From contig CAWDML010000003.1 of assembly GCA_963803435.1 (NCBI GenBank), positions 96,001-160,000 of the forward strand: 64,000 nt of DNA, written 5' to 3'. Source of the stretch: an uncultured delta proteobacterium (GTDB lineage: Bacteria > Myxococcota > Kuafuiibacteriia > Kuafuiibacteriales > Kuafuiibacteriaceae). Shown piece by piece: positions 29,435-40,490 of the stretch. The notes beneath the pieces are model-generated. The model was not told the origin of the DNA, ran no database searches, and saw only the letters and a program-made list of their open reading frames with translations. A program made the position numbers and the translations under genes. Within the stretch, counting starts at the first letter, position 1, and each line of letters opens with the position of its first letter.

Positions 29435-30949
29435 GTGTCACGCCGACTGATCCTCGCCGCCCTCCTCGCCTTCGGTTGCAAGAAGACCGAGGGCGAGGCC
29501 GCCACGCCGCCGCCCGAGGTGAAGCAACCGCTGATGGAGACCGGCTTAGATCCCGGCGCGGGAGGCGCGCCCAGTACGCTGAAGGGGCTGCTGCTCGCGC
29601 TCCCGGCCAGCAAGAACGGTTGTCCCGACGACTACGACTACTTCCCGAACGGCGGGATGCGGATCTTCTGGTGCCACGCGCGGACCGTGCTCCCGTTCTC
29701 GGCGCTTGCGGAGCTCTCCGGGACGCGTGTGTTCCTCTCCGGCCCGCACACCCAAAACGCGCTCACGCTCGGCTCGAAGACCGACTTCGGACACTACAAC
29801 CCGGCGTTCGTGCGCTGGATGATCGACAAGGCCCTCCCGAGCGCCACCGATCCGTCCGCGAGGAAAGAGCTCGCGCCGATCTACGACCGCTATCTGCGGG
29901 AGCGCGGGCGCATCTATCTGTCCGCGCTCGCGATCGTGAAGGCCAACCCGGAGCGCTTCGACGAGGAGAGGAAGAGCTATCTCGAGCACGAGAACCCGCA
30001 GAACCGGTACGGCGAGGACTTCGCGCCCGCGCCTGCGATGGAAGACTGGCCGAACGAGCTCCCGCCCGCGGTCGCGTTCTGGGTGCGGCGGAGCATCGAC
30101 GGGACGGCCGGCCTCTTCGAGGAGGGCCTGGGCAAGCTCGTCGATGCCTACGACCCGGAGGCGAAGGCGGAGGTCTCGCGCCGCGACTGGAAGATCGCCG
30201 AGGCCGCGGAGCCAGACGCGGCGCTCCCGTTCTCGGGCGACTCGCTCGAAGCCAAGATCAAGAACGCCTGGGTCGCCGTGGCGAGCGTCGAGCCAGACGG
30301 GGCCTGTCCCGACCAGTTCGCGTACGACCCCGGTGGGCTCCGAGTTCAGTATTGTCGTGCGGCCTCGGTCCTCACCTACCGCACGTTGCAGACCGCGCTC
30401 GATCTCCCGATCTTCCTCAAGGGGCCTCACACCAAGACGGAGCTGTCGCTCGAGAGCAACGACTTCGGTCGCTACAACCCTAAGTTCGTCGGGTGGTTGG
30501 TCGACAACGGTGTCCCCGCCGCCACCGATCCGAAGCTCCGCGCGCTCACCCAGCCTTCGTACGACAGCCATCTGCAAGTGCCCGCGCGTCTCCTCTTGTT
30601 CACCCGCGAGCGCCTCTTGCGCGACGCCGCTCTCCGCGATCGACTGAAGCGCGAATACGCGGCGTTTCTCGCGGATCCCGAGTCGAAGCCTCAGCCTCGC
30701 TACGACTGGGAGAGTCTCATCTCCTCGTCGTCGTACGAGGTACAGACGATCGGGGCCAGCGGTCTGGCTTTCTGGCTGCGACGATCGATCGACGGTACCG
30801 ACGCCCTGTTCGACCGCGGCCTCCGGAAGGTGCTGAAGACCTACGATGCCGAGTGGCTGGCGAAGATGGAGCGCTCGAAGTCGTTGAGCGAGCTGCAGAC
30901 GAACGCAGGCTTCGGCGAAGACGTCCCCGAGGACGAGCTCGGCGATTGA
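29435..30949 (+). CDS. Hypothetical lipoprotein made of two homologous domains
   Basis: Lipobox LAFGC; motifs CPD...GG.R..(W/Y)C, FL.GPHT, DFG.YNP.FV.W and FW.RRSIDGT each occur twice. Confidence 0.75.
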   Translation: MSRRLILAALLAFGCKKTEGEAATPPPEVKQPLMETGLDPGAGGAPSTLKGLLLALPASKNGCPDDYDYFPNGGMRIFWCHARTVLPFSALAELSGTRVFLSGPHTQNALTLGSKTDFGHYNPAFVRWMIDKALPSATDPSARKELAPIYDRYLRERGRIYLSALAIVKANPERFDEERKSYLEHENPQNRYGEDFAPAPAMEDWPNELPPAVAFWVRRSIDGTAGLFEEGLGKLVDAYDPEAKAEVSRRDWKIAEAAEPDAALPFSGDSLEAKIKNAWVAVASVEPDGACPDQFAYDPGGLRVQYCRAASVLTYRTLQTALDLPIFLKGPHTKTELSLESNDFGRYNPKFVGWLVDNGVPAATDPKLRALTQPSYDSHLQVPARLLLFTRERLLRDAALRDRLKREYAAFLADPESKPQPRYDWESLISSSSYEVQTIGASGLAFWLRRSIDGTDALFDRGLRKVLKTYDAEWLAKMERSKSLSELQTNAGFGEDVPEDELGD

Positions 30950-31071
30950 GATCCGAGGCGTCCGATTCATCCGAATATCGGACACCGATGTCCGAGATCC
31001 GGACAGAAATCGAACGAATCGTGGCGCCGGATGGGCGGTAGGTTGGTCCCTCCTTTGCTCTTGGCGCCCGC

Positions 31072-31524
31072 ATGCTTTGGCTCGCATGCACGCTGGCGTT
31101 GAGCGCACAACAGGAAGCGGAGATCCTCGATCTCGAGGACGCGCTCGACGCCGTCAATCCGACGACACGGGACGCGATCGAGGCGGCGATCGAGCGCCGT
31201 CACGATCTCTTCGAGCTGCCGTTCCTCCTCGAAGACCTGGCATTTGCGCCGAGGACTCGGGATCGAACGATCGCGTTCTTCGCGCGGTTCTCCTTCGGCC
31301 GCCGTGAGACGCGGTCGACGTCCGCGTTTCTCCTCGGTGTCACACTCGACTTCGACGCGATGCTGCTGTCTCCGGAGCCGGAGTACGGCATGCCGCCCGA
31401 GGAGCGGCTTCGGCTCGACCGTTGCGCTGCGCTCGTCGCACCTCAACCGGTCAGCCCGTCCTTCGCGATCGCGCGGGCCCGAGCGGCCGAGCTGGCGGCG
31501 CTGGCGTGCGGAGGTGCGGGATGA
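31072..31524 (+). CDS. Hypothetical secreted protein
   Basis: Short signal-like N-terminus; ATGA coupling to the next gene. Confidence 0.55.
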   Translation: MLWLACTLALSAQQEAEILDLEDALDAVNPTTRDAIEAAIERRHDLFELPFLLEDLAFAPRTRDRTIAFFARFSFGRRETRSTSAFLLGVTLDFDAMLLSPEPEYGMPPEERLRLDRCAALVAPQPVSPSFAIARARAAELAALACGGAG

Positions 31525-32075
31525 TCGCGCTCCTCTTGCTGGCCACCGCCACGACGACGGTCGATCGCTGGGTCGACGACGTCGTCGCCGGGAAGGGCGG
31601 GCTCCCCAGCCTGCGCGCGGTGCAGGAGGCTGCCGTGTCCGCCCTCGAGCTGACACCGTCGGACGATGCCGCGGGCTGGGACTCGCGGGCGCGCTGGCGC
31701 GGCCTGGTGCCGCGGCTGGAGGCACGGTTCGGGACGGCCGCCGATCAGAGCATCCGCGACGGTGTCACCGGGACGGCGTGGGCGACGAGCCAGGGGCAGA
31801 ACCTGGGCCTCGACGTGGCGGCGAAGTGGGAGCTGGGCGAGCTCGTGTTCAACGATCTGGAGCTGCGTGCGAACCGGGAGCGGATCGCCCGCGCGGCCCG
31901 CGTCGCGCTCGCACGGGAGCGGGCCACCACGATCTACTTCGAGCGCGTCCGGAACTTGATCGCGCTGAGGACCCGGCCGACGGAGGCGCTGGTGATCGAA
32001 GCGGCCCGGCTGGACGGCATGCTCGCTGCGGTCACCGGCGGGCTGCTTCGGTCCGGAGAGGAGAAGCGCCGATGA
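31521..32075 (+). CDS. Hypothetical secreted protein (helix-beta hairpin-helix, outer-membrane-factor-like segment)
   Basis: Signal peptide MIALLLLATA; ATGA overlaps on both sides. Confidence 0.6.
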   Translation: MIALLLLATATTTVDRWVDDVVAGKGGLPSLRAVQEAAVSALELTPSDDAAGWDSRARWRGLVPRLEARFGTAADQSIRDGVTGTAWATSQGQNLGLDVAAKWELGELVFNDLELRANRERIARAARVALARERATTIYFERVRNLIALRTRPTEALVIEAARLDGMLAAVTGGLLRSGEEKRR

Positions 32076-33554
32076 GTCGCGCCGTCTTCGCGATGGGCAT
32101 CGCCGTGCTCGCGGCGGTCGCCGGCTGTCTCGACACGGTGCTCGATCTCCCGCCCACCATCGAGATCCTGGGCGTCAGCCCCTCGGCGGACGTCCCCGAG
32201 GACGCCCGGATCACCCTCGCGTTCTCGGGGCCGGTGCACGCGGGAGGTGACTGGCCAATCGAGGTCCTCCGGGACGGCCAGGCGCTGCCGATCGCCGTGG
32301 AGCCGTCGGCCTCCGCGGCGTTGATCTCACCGGCGCCGCGATGGCCGGCCGGCGCCCGCCTCGAGGTGGCGGTGGGCCGCGGGCTCTCGGACGACCTCGG
32401 CCGAAAGGTCGCGGAGGGGCGGGCTCCGTTCTCCGTCCGGGCTCGGGAGGTCTCGGTGCTCCCGGCCGTCGTTCGCTCGCCCACGCCCGGGACCCGAGCA
32501 CCGGCGAACTTGGGCTGGGTCGCGGTCGCGCTGGGCGCGGACAATCCGGCGGAGGCGGCGCTCGAGTCCGGCGCGCAGCGGATCGCGCTGGGGTGGGAGC
32601 GCTCGGCGGAAGGCGTGGCGCTCTTCCGTCTTCCGGACTTCGAGAGCGAGTGCCGGCCGCTCTGTCCCGGTGAGACGTATCGCGTGGCCGTCGACGGCCG
32701 GCCGGCGAGCGAGGGGCCGCTCGGTCGGATCGAGACGGGCACCGTCGCAGACGTACAGGCCCCGGGCATCGTCGCCACCAAGGTCGTCTTCCGCGGCGGC
32801 CAGCCTTGGGTCGAGATTCTGCGCCGATGAGCCGGTGCTGGTGCGCGGCGAAGCGCGCACGCTCTCGGGGGACGTCATCGAGTACCGGTCGGTGCCGGTG
32901 GCGGCGGACCGCGTGCCGGCCCGGCCGGCGCGCCCGCTCGACGCCTCCACCGCGTACACGCTCCACTTCGAGGTGGAGGATCTGGCGCGGAACCGCGCGC
33001 CGCCCATCGAGGTGCCCCTGGTGACGCCGCCGGCGATCGCCGTCGCGATCACCGAGATCGTCGCCTCGCCTCTGCGCGACTGGAACGACAGCGAGGGCGG
33101 CGCGGTACCGTTCGACCCGGTCCCAGGCGTGGGGACCGTCAGCGAGGCGGACGAGTGGGTCGAGCTGGTCAATCGCTCGCAGTCGGCGATCGACCTGACC
33201 ACGTCGGGCATCGAGCTGAGGACGATCGATGCGACGCCCAACGTGACGGTGCTGGCCGGTGCACCAGCGCTCTACTTCGGCGACGGAGGCTCGCTCACCT
33301 CGTGGTGGCCAGGAGAGGCGCTGGTGGTGCGGGCGCGCGGGGCGATGTCGTCCAGGGGCTTGACCGTCGAGGTCGCTGCCGGCGACCAGCGCCTCGATCG
33401 CGTCGTGCTGGGCGAGCAGAGCGGGGCGGACCATCCCGGCGGATCCCCGCCGAACGTTCGGTACGAATCGGTGGCGCGCACCCCGTCGGGCGGGTTCGCC
33501 TGGTGCGTCCCCACGCCCGGCGATCCGCGGCCGGCGACGGAGTGCGATCAGTGA
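32072..33554 (+). CDS. Lipoprotein with Ig-like and lamin-tail-like domains (frameshift near 32817)
   Basis: Lipobox VAGC; ITLAFSGPV Ig-like segment; ITEIVASP...DEWVELVN lamin-tail-like segment. Removing one T from GATTC (32815-32819) joins the frames. Confidence 0.65.
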
Positions 33555-33793
33555 TGGAAGACCGAGAGCGATCCCCACGCGAGCAGCCCGCTACCGGCGA
33601 CCGTGATGATCAACCCGAGGCGACGCACCTTGCGCCCCCAGACTTTCATGTCGGTCTCCAGGCCGAGGCGGAGGTTTCGCTCCTTGGCGACGAGGCTGGC
33701 CTTCCCTTCGGGCCGGAGGGTGAACGTCCAGCCCCGTACCAGAAAGGGGAGGCCGACGAGGGTGACGATGATGCCTGCGACGAACGCAATCAT
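33548..33793 (-). CDS. Small two-TM membrane protein
   Basis: 81 aa, two hydrophobic helices, ATGA overlap with the upstream hydrolase stop. Confidence 0.65.
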   Translation of the reverse strand: MIAFVAGIIVTLVGLPFLVRGWTFTLRPEGKASLVAKERNLRLGLETDMKVWGRKVRRLGLIITVAGSGLLAWGSLSVFHH

Positions 33794-36258
33794 GGGCTCG
33801 GCTCCTTGGCCTCTGGCGGCGAGTAGCGCCCGTCGCCGTCCACGTCCAGGTAGATCGGGTTGGTCACCGCGATCGGGTACGGATCCATGTCGGGCCGCAC
33901 CGTGATCACGGGTTCGAAGCTCTGCTTCGAGTCGACGAACGCCGTCACGAAGCAATCGCGCGCGCAGGTGATCCGGTGAGTCGCATGGTACCGCACCACC
34001 CCCCTCCGGGGCAGAGGGACCTCAATCTTCGGCGTCCCGTCGACGAAGAGAATCAGCCGATCGGTCCCGATCCAGCTGGGGGCCTGAACCTCGACCTCGA
34101 CGTCGAGGGTGCCGGCCTCGGCCTGCACCAGCTCGCCCATGCGATGGTCGCCCGCCCGGATGGTGACGAACGGGCCGGCGCTGACGGTCGCACAGCCCCC
34201 CTTGAGCGCGGCGGTGAACGCCGCCAGGTCGAGGCGGGGCGGCGAGTCGTCGTCGACGCAGACGTAGGTGCGAGGCCAGCCGACCGGACGGTTCGAGATC
34301 GCGTGGGAGTCGCTGGTGCCGGTCCCGGTGTACCGATACCCGCGGCGGAGCAGGGCGTACCAGTCGGCGAGCGAGGCGTCGGTCTCGTCCTTCTTGCCGA
34401 ACGTGATCACCTCGACGCCGTCGAAGGCCCCGGAGTAGCGGTCGTCGCCCGAGCCGCCGTCGGTGAGCTTCATGATCCCGAAGTACCCGGTCCGCGGAGA
34501 CCGGGGGTGATTGACCTGAACGAAGGGCGGGATGTCGGCGAACCCGAGTCTCCGCACGAAGGTGAAGATCTCGTCGGGCGTCCACCCCTCGGGATCGAGC
34601 ATTCCGCCGCGTGGCTTGCCGGACTGGATCTCGAGGGGCAGCGCGTTGAAGTGGCCGATGCTGTGCGTGGTCGCCTCGACGCCGACCACCGGATAGACGT
34701 CGCGCCCCAGGCCGCTCGTCGCCACGATCGAGCGATAGTCAATCAGGATGTTGTGCTCGGTCGCGACCAGCACCTCGACGCCTTCTGCGGCGTTCGCGAG
34801 GGCGCGATCGGGCAGCGAGACCCCGGAGTCGAAGCTGGGCGCCGCGTGCTGGTGGAGGTCGGTCGAGATGAAGCCCGGCGTCTTCACGCTGCGCTCGAGC
34901 CTTCCGGTGACCTCGACGCGCTCGCCCGCGTCGATCGATACGCGGCGATCGATCAGCTCGTACTCGAGCCCTCGGGTGACGAGCACGCGATACTTTCCCG
35001 GGCTGATCGGGTGCTCGCCGACGCCGCGCGCCGAGAGCAGCAGGTTCTCGGCCCCGTCGGCGCGGAACGAGGGACCGAAGTGGGGCGTGGGCGAGCCGTC
35101 GATCCCGACCACGGTGAGCCGCACCGGCGGGGCGCGCCCGTCGTCGCTCTGGATCCGCCAGGCCAGCACGCCCTGGGCCCCCATCTGGAAGTTCTTGGTG
35201 GCGTTGGCTGCGGCCTCCAGCGAGAGCAGGGCCACGCTCGAGGTTTGGACCGAGATCCGGCCGGGGGCCTCGGCCTGCGCCCAGTAGGTCCCGGGCGCCA
35301 GCTCGATCGAGTACCAGCCATTGCGATCGACGCGGGCCAGCCCCGCGAGGCGGCTGTTCTTGTCGAACATCCGGACCATCGCGTCCCGCACCGCCTCGCC
35401 CTCGTGCGTGACCCGCCCGGTGAACCGTCCCGTCCGATCGCCGCGAAGCTTCGCCACCGCCGGCGCGAGCGAGGCGGTGTCGCCGCGCCCGACGACCAGA
35501 TGCCGGACGTACGTCACCGTCTTCTTAGGCACCAGCGAGACCACCGCGCCCATCGGATCGCTCCACATCGATCCGTTCGGGGTGTCGAACTTCGTCTGTC
35601 CATCCGGTACCAGCGCGTACGAGGTGTCGTTGCCGATGCCGCAGATCCAATCCACGCTCACCCGCCGTCCCGGAAGATCGAAGCCGTAGCCCGGCGCCAT
35701 ATGCTCGGTCCGTCCCCACTGCACCGCGTCGCCGATGGTGAAGCGATCGATCGGCACGGTTCCGGTGTTGGTGAACCGGGTCTCGACCGTCAGCCACGGC
35801 TCGTTGGGACGCAGGATGTAATCGGTCTCGATCTTGATGCGCGCGTTGCCGGTGTCGACTCCGCTGGCGCGGATGATCGCCGGGCGACGCCCGCCGCCCT
35901 TCTTGGAGATCTTCACCTCGTCGTAGCGCGCCTGCCGGGGGAACTCGTCGTTGAGGTAGAGGAACATCTCGTTGATCTGATCCTCACCGTCCGGAAGCGG
36001 CGCGAGGTCGGCGAGGTTGCCGGCGCTGCACGCGAAGCCCGACGTCGAGGCGTCGCGAGTGATGACCGCGACGAGCAGCCCGTTCTCCACCATGAAGTCG
36101 CCGATGGCCCCGGTGGCGGCCGGCCCCCAGAGCAGGTCGCCCGGCCCCTCGACCACGCGCGCGATCGCCGGTGGAACGCTCGGATCCGCGGGCCGGCAAC
36201 CCGGGGACAGGAGAATGATCGCGCCGCAAGCGGACGCCCGCGCCCGGTGGACTCGCAC
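33790..36258 (-). CDS. CehA/McbA-family PHP-like metallohydrolase with carboxypeptidase-regulatory-like domain, likely exported
   Basis: DLHQH, ATEHN, GHFNA, VNHPR and GTSDSH metal motifs. Start estimated (GTG 36258). Confidence 0.78.
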   Translation of the reverse strand: MRVHRARASACGAIILLSPGCRPADPSVPPAIARVVEGPGDLLWGPAATGAIGDFMVENGLLVAVITRDASTSGFACSAGNLADLAPLPDGEDQINEMFLYLNDEFPRQARYDEVKISKKGGGRRPAIIRASGVDTGNARIKIETDYILRPNEPWLTVETRFTNTGTVPIDRFTIGDAVQWGRTEHMAPGYGFDLPGRRVSVDWICGIGNDTSYALVPDGQTKFDTPNGSMWSDPMGAVVSLVPKKTVTYVRHLVVGRGDTASLAPAVAKLRGDRTGRFTGRVTHEGEAVRDAMVRMFDKNSRLAGLARVDRNGWYSIELAPGTYWAQAEAPGRISVQTSSVALLSLEAAANATKNFQMGAQGVLAWRIQSDDGRAPPVRLTVVGIDGSPTPHFGPSFRADGAENLLLSARGVGEHPISPGKYRVLVTRGLEYELIDRRVSIDAGERVEVTGRLERSVKTPGFISTDLHQHAAPSFDSGVSLPDRALANAAEGVEVLVATEHNILIDYRSIVATSGLGRDVYPVVGVEATTHSIGHFNALPLEIQSGKPRGGMLDPEGWTPDEIFTFVRRLGFADIPPFVQVNHPRSPRTGYFGIMKLTDGGSGDDRYSGAFDGVEVITFGKKDETDASLADWYALLRRGYRYTGTGTSDSHAISNRPVGWPRTYVCVDDDSPPRLDLAAFTAALKGGCATVSAGPFVTIRAGDHRMGELVQAEAGTLDVEVEVQAPSWIGTDRLILFVDGTPKIEVPLPRRGVVRYHATHRITCARDCFVTAFVDSKQSFEPVITVRPDMDPYPIAVTNPIYLDVDGDGRYSPPEAKEPSP

Positions 36259-36348
36259 GAACTCCAAGACTTTGGAACAGCCTACCTCAGCCGAGCCTTC
36301 CGGTTGAGCGGGGCAGGAGGCCCGTGCTATGGCCCGGCTCGACCCCCC

Positions 36349-37101
36349 ATGTCTGGCCACAGTCGATGGAGCACCATCAAGCGAAAGAAAGGCGCCTCCG
36401 ACGCCAAGCGCGGGAAGATCTTCACGAAGCTCAGCAAGGAGATCACCGTGTCGGCGCGGACCGGCGGGGGGGATCCATCGGGCAATCCGCGCCTGCGCCT
36501 CGCGATCCAGGCGGCGAAGGCCGGCGCCATGCCGAACGAGAACATCCAGCGCGCGATCCGCAAGGGTACGGGCGAGGAATCGGGCGGCCACATCGAGGAG
36601 CTGGTCTACGAGGCCTACGGTCCCGGGGGCGTCGCGTTCATCATGGACGTTGCGACCGACAACGTGAACCGCACCATCGCTGAGGTCCGCAGCGTGTTCG
36701 ACAAGGTCGGGGGCGCGCTGGGCAAGACCGGCAGCGTCGCCTTCAAGTTCACGCGGCGGGGCATGCTCCGCTTCGATGCCGCCAAGTACACCGAGGACCA
36801 GGTCATGGAGGCTGCCCTCGAGGCCGGGGCCGAGGACGTCGTCACCGAGGACGAGCGCGTGGTGGTCTACTGCACTCCGCACGAATTCCATGCGGTGCAG
36901 GCCGGGATGGAGGCCAAGGGGCTGGAGCCCGAGGAGGCCACGCTCACGATGATCCCCAACATGACGGTCCAGTGCGATCTCGACACCGCGAGGAAGACGC
37001 TGGCCCTCCTCGAGAAGCTCGAGGACCACGACGACATTCAGAATGTCTGGGCAGACTGCGAGATCTCGGACGAGGTGATGGCGCAGCTCGAGGAGTCGTG
37101 A
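36349..37101 (+). CDS. yebC: YebC/PmpR family protein
   Basis: MSGHSRWSTIKRKKG, GNPRLR, YEAYGPGG, TDNVNRT; upstream of ruvCAB. Confidence 0.95.
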   Translation: MSGHSRWSTIKRKKGASDAKRGKIFTKLSKEITVSARTGGGDPSGNPRLRLAIQAAKAGAMPNENIQRAIRKGTGEESGGHIEELVYEAYGPGGVAFIMDVATDNVNRTIAEVRSVFDKVGGALGKTGSVAFKFTRRGMLRFDAAKYTEDQVMEAALEAGAEDVVTEDERVVVYCTPHEFHAVQAGMEAKGLEPEEATLTMIPNMTVQCDLDTARKTLALLEKLEDHDDIQNVWADCEISDEVMAQLEES

Positions 37102-37593
37102 TCGCGTTCGGGATCGAATCCGGGTTCCGTTCGTACGGGGTGGGGCGTCGTCGAGTCGGAGGGCAGCCGGCTCGTCTGTCACGACTACGGCGTCATCGCC
37201 GCGGGAGACAAGGACGCGCTCTGTGCGCGTCTCTCGACAATCTTCGAGGGGCTCACGCAGGCGCTGGAACGGGCGCACCCCGACGAGGTGTTCCTCGAGT
37301 CGATCTTCCACCATCAGAGCGCCAAGAGCGCGCTCATCCTCGGGCACGCGCGGGGCGTCGCGCTCCTGGCGGCGAGCCGGTGCGACCGGCCCGTCCGGGA
37401 GATCTCGCCCGCCGAGGTGAAGAAGGCCGTCACCGGCAGCGGTCGCTCCGACAAGCACCAGGTGCAGGAGATGATCCGCATCCAGCTCGGGCTGCGCGAG
37501 CGCGCCCCCTCCGACGCCTCCGACGCTCTCGCCATCGCGATCGCCGGGTCGATCCGCTCCCGCTTCGCGCGGCTCGTGGAGGGCGCCGGATGA
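37098..37593 (+). CDS. ruvC: Holliday junction resolvase RuvC (frameshift at 37117, probably a sequencing error)
   Basis: Removing one A from GAATC gives MIAFGIDPGSVRTGWGVV; C-terminal GHARGV, VKKAVTGSG, DASDALAIA. Confidence 0.9.
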
Positions 37594-38186
37594 TCGGTCG
37601 CATCCGAGGCGAGGTCATCGATCGCACCGGCAACGCGGTGGTCGTGGACGTCGGCGGCGTCGGTTACGTGGTGACGGTGACCGTGCACGCCCAGATCCGC
37701 CTGGGCGAGCGCGTCGATCTGTTCGTCCACACGCACGTACGGGAGGACGCCCTACACCTGTACGGCTTCCGCGAGCGCCTCGAGCGCGAGGTGTTCGACA
37801 TGCTGATCCAGGTCCCGAACGTGGGACCGGTGAAGGCCATGCAGATCCTTCAGACGCCGGTGCGCGACCTGATCGCGCTGGTGGCCAAGCGCGACGCGCG
37901 AGCCCTGGCCAAGCTCCCCGGTGTCGGCAAGAAGACGGCCGAGCGCCTCCTGATCGATCTCGCCGACAAGGTCCAGGGGATCGGACCCGGCGCCGGGCTG
38001 GCGGTGCCCCCGGGCGGCTCGGGCTTCGGGACCACGCAGGTCGAGCGCGACCTCTACAGCGCGCTGCTGAACCTCGGGTTCAAGGACGCCGTCGCCGCCG
38101 ACTCGACGCGCCGCTCGATCGCGCACCTCGGCGAGGACGCCGGCCTCGAGGCCCTGCTCAAAGATGCGCTGGCTACCCGGCGGTGA
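37590..38186 (+). CDS. ruvA: Holliday junction branch migration protein RuvA
   Basis: MIGRIRG, DVGGVGY, HVREDALHLYGF, LPGVGKKTAER. Confidence 0.95.
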   Translation: MIGRIRGEVIDRTGNAVVVDVGGVGYVVTVTVHAQIRLGERVDLFVHTHVREDALHLYGFRERLEREVFDMLIQVPNVGPVKAMQILQTPVRDLIALVAKRDARALAKLPGVGKKTAERLLIDLADKVQGIGPGAGLAVPPGGSGFGTTQVERDLYSALLNLGFKDAVAADSTRRSIAHLGEDAGLEALLKDALATRR

Positions 38187-38198
38187 TACAACCCGTCC

Positions 38199-39227
38199 GT
38201 GCCGCGCGAAGACAAGGATCGCGAGCGGAGCATCACCGGCTTCCCCAGAGAGCAGGATCGGCCCCTCGACGCGGCGCTGCGCCCCCGATCCTTCGACGAG
38301 TACGTCGGCCAGCGTCAGATCAAGGACAACCTGGCGGTGTTCACGCAGGCGGCGCGCCAGCGGGGCGAGCCCGTCGACCACCTCCTGTTCTCCGGCCCGC
38401 CCGGCCTGGGCAAGACCTCGCTCGCACACCTGATCGCGCAGGAGATGGGGGTGAAGCTGCACATCACCTCGGGCCCCGCGCTGGAGAAGAAGGGCGATCT
38501 CGCTGGCATCCTCACCAGCCTCGAGCCCGGTGACGTCCTCTTCATCGATGAGATCCACCGGCTGACGCCCGCCGTCGAAGAGAACCTCTATCCGGCGATG
38601 GAGGAGTTTCGGTTCGACGTGGTGATCGGCGACGGCCCCCACGCTCGGACCATGACGCTCCCGCTGCCCCGCTTCACGCTGGTCGGCGCCACCACCCGGA
38701 CCGGCCTGCTCTCGAGCCCGCTCCGGGATCGCTTCGGGTATGCCGCCCGACTCGAGTTCTATGAGCCGGAGGAGCTGGTCCAGATCGTCACCCGCTCGGC
38801 CGTCCGGCTCGAGGCCCCCCTGGAGGAAGGCGCCGCCCTGGAGGTGGCCCGCCAATCCCGCGGGACACCCCGGGTCGCGAACCGCCTGCTGCGGCGCCTC
38901 CGGGACTTCGCCGAGGTCCTGGGCGACGGCCGGATCACCGAGACCATCGCCAAGAAGGGCTTGAAAGCGCTCGGGATCGACGCCGCCGGGCTCGACGACA
39001 TGGACCGCCGGCTCCTCGAGGCCATCACGGACCGCTTCGAGGGCGGCCCGGTGGGCCTGGACACCTTGGCGGCGGCCATCGGCGAGGAGCCAACCACCCT
39101 GGAGGACGTCTACGAGCCCTACCTGATCAAGGAGGGCTACCTGAAGCGGACGCCCCGGGGGCGGGTGGCCATGTCAAAGGCGTTCGACCTCCTGGGGCGG
39201 CGGCCCACCCAACCGCCACTCCTTTGA
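38199..39227 (+). CDS. ruvB: Holliday junction branch migration helicase RuvB
   Basis: [42 protein letters not shown]. Confidence 0.97.
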   Translation: MPREDKDRERSITGFPREQDRPLDAALRPRSFDEYVGQRQIKDNLAVFTQAARQRGEPVDHLLFSGPPGLGKTSLAHLIAQEMGVKLHITSGPALEKKGDLAGILTSLEPGDVLFIDEIHRLTPAVEENLYPAMEEFRFDVVIGDGPHARTMTLPLPRFTLVGATTRTGLLSSPLRDRFGYAARLEFYEPEELVQIVTRSAVRLEAPLEEGAALEVARQSRGTPRVANRLLRRLRDFAEVLGDGRITETIAKKGLKALGIDAAGLDDMDRRLLEAITDRFEGGPVGLDTLAAAIGEEPTTLEDVYEPYLIKEGYLKRTPRGRVAMSKAFDLLGRRPTQPPLL

Positions 39228-39521
39228 GATCGTTTGGTGATCCGTCGCACCTCAGAATTCTGACGCCCGGGGAAATGGACCGGGGCGTCCAAAGACGCTT
39301 GCCTGGACGCCGGTCTCGTGGCACTGCCGCCCGCGCAAAGTCGTCCAGCGGCGACACCGTATCCAACTTGCGTCAGACCTCCGACCCGTGACCGGCCGCA
39401 AGTGATTCGTAAGGCTGCTGAACGACGGTGTAGGAGCCATCGGGTGCGCCATGGCTCGGTGGTTGCTGTCCGAGGGCGATTGGGTGTGTCGCTGATCGGT
39501 GGGGGTGCTCGGAGTTTGGGG

Positions 39522-40446
39522 ATGCTCTATCAACGCACAGTCAAAACGAGAGTCTTCGGCACCGGGATCGGCCTTCATTCCGGCCGCACGACCGAATTCT
39601 CCATCCTTCCCTCGCCCCCTGACACGGGCCTGGTCTTCGTCCGCACCGATCTCGACCCTCACGTCGAGATCCCGGCCCGCTCCGAATACGTCGTCTCCAC
39701 CCGCCTCGCCACCACGTTGGGCACGGACGGCGTCACTATCGGTACCGTCGAGCACCTGGTGGCCGCCCTGTTTGGCCTCGGCATCGACAACGCCCGGATC
39801 GAGAATCGACGGCCCCGAGGTCCCCATACTGGATGGCTCGGCCGCGACCTTCGTCGAGCTGATCCGGGCGGTCGGCACCATCGCTCAGCTTCGGCCCAAG
39901 CGCTTCCTCCTGGTGAAGCGACCGGTCTCGGTGACCTCCGAGGACGGCCAATCCAGCGCCCGCATCGAGCCGGCCCCCTGCTTCGAGCTGAGCTGCACCA
40001 TCGACTTCAATCACCCCATCGTCAGCCACCAGACCTTCGAGATGACGTTCTCCGACGCAGCCTTCGCCAAGGAGCTGGCCCGCGCCCGCACCTTCGGCTT
40101 CGCGAAGGACGTCGAGGCGATGCATCGCGCAGGCCTGGCGCGCGGCGGTAGCCTGGAGAACGCGGTGGTGGTCGACGACTTCTCGATCCGCAACCCTGAG
40201 GGTCTCCGCTTCCCCGACGAGTTCGTCCGCCACAAGGTGCTGGACGCCGTGGGCAATCTGGCCCTCCTGGGCGCGCCCTTGATCGGCCGGTACGTGGGCG
40301 TTCGGAGCGGCCACACCTTGAACACGCGCCTCGCCGACGAGCTCCTGTCCCAGCGCCGCGCCTACGAGTACCGCGAGTTCCGCGAGCGCCGCGACCTCGA
40401 GCAGTTCGCGCTCGACCTCCCCGCCCTCGGCGTCGCCCCCGCCTGA
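39522..40446 (+). CDS. lpxC: UDP-3-O-acyl-GlcNAc deacetylase LpxC (frameshift at 39805, probably a sequencing error)
   Basis: QRTVK...GIGLHSG, TVEHLVAAL, EVPILDGSA, ARTFGF, RHKVLD. Removing one A from GAATC joins the frames. Confidence 0.92.
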
Positions 40447-40490
40447 AGAAATCCGTTGACCGCTCCGGCGGCGGCTCCTAGCCATCGAGC

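Noticed and set aside
37098-40446. ruvC and lpxC as true pseudogenes or programmed frameshifts
   Set aside because: The sequences are otherwise intact, there are no slippery sites, and both share the GATC +1 error signature.
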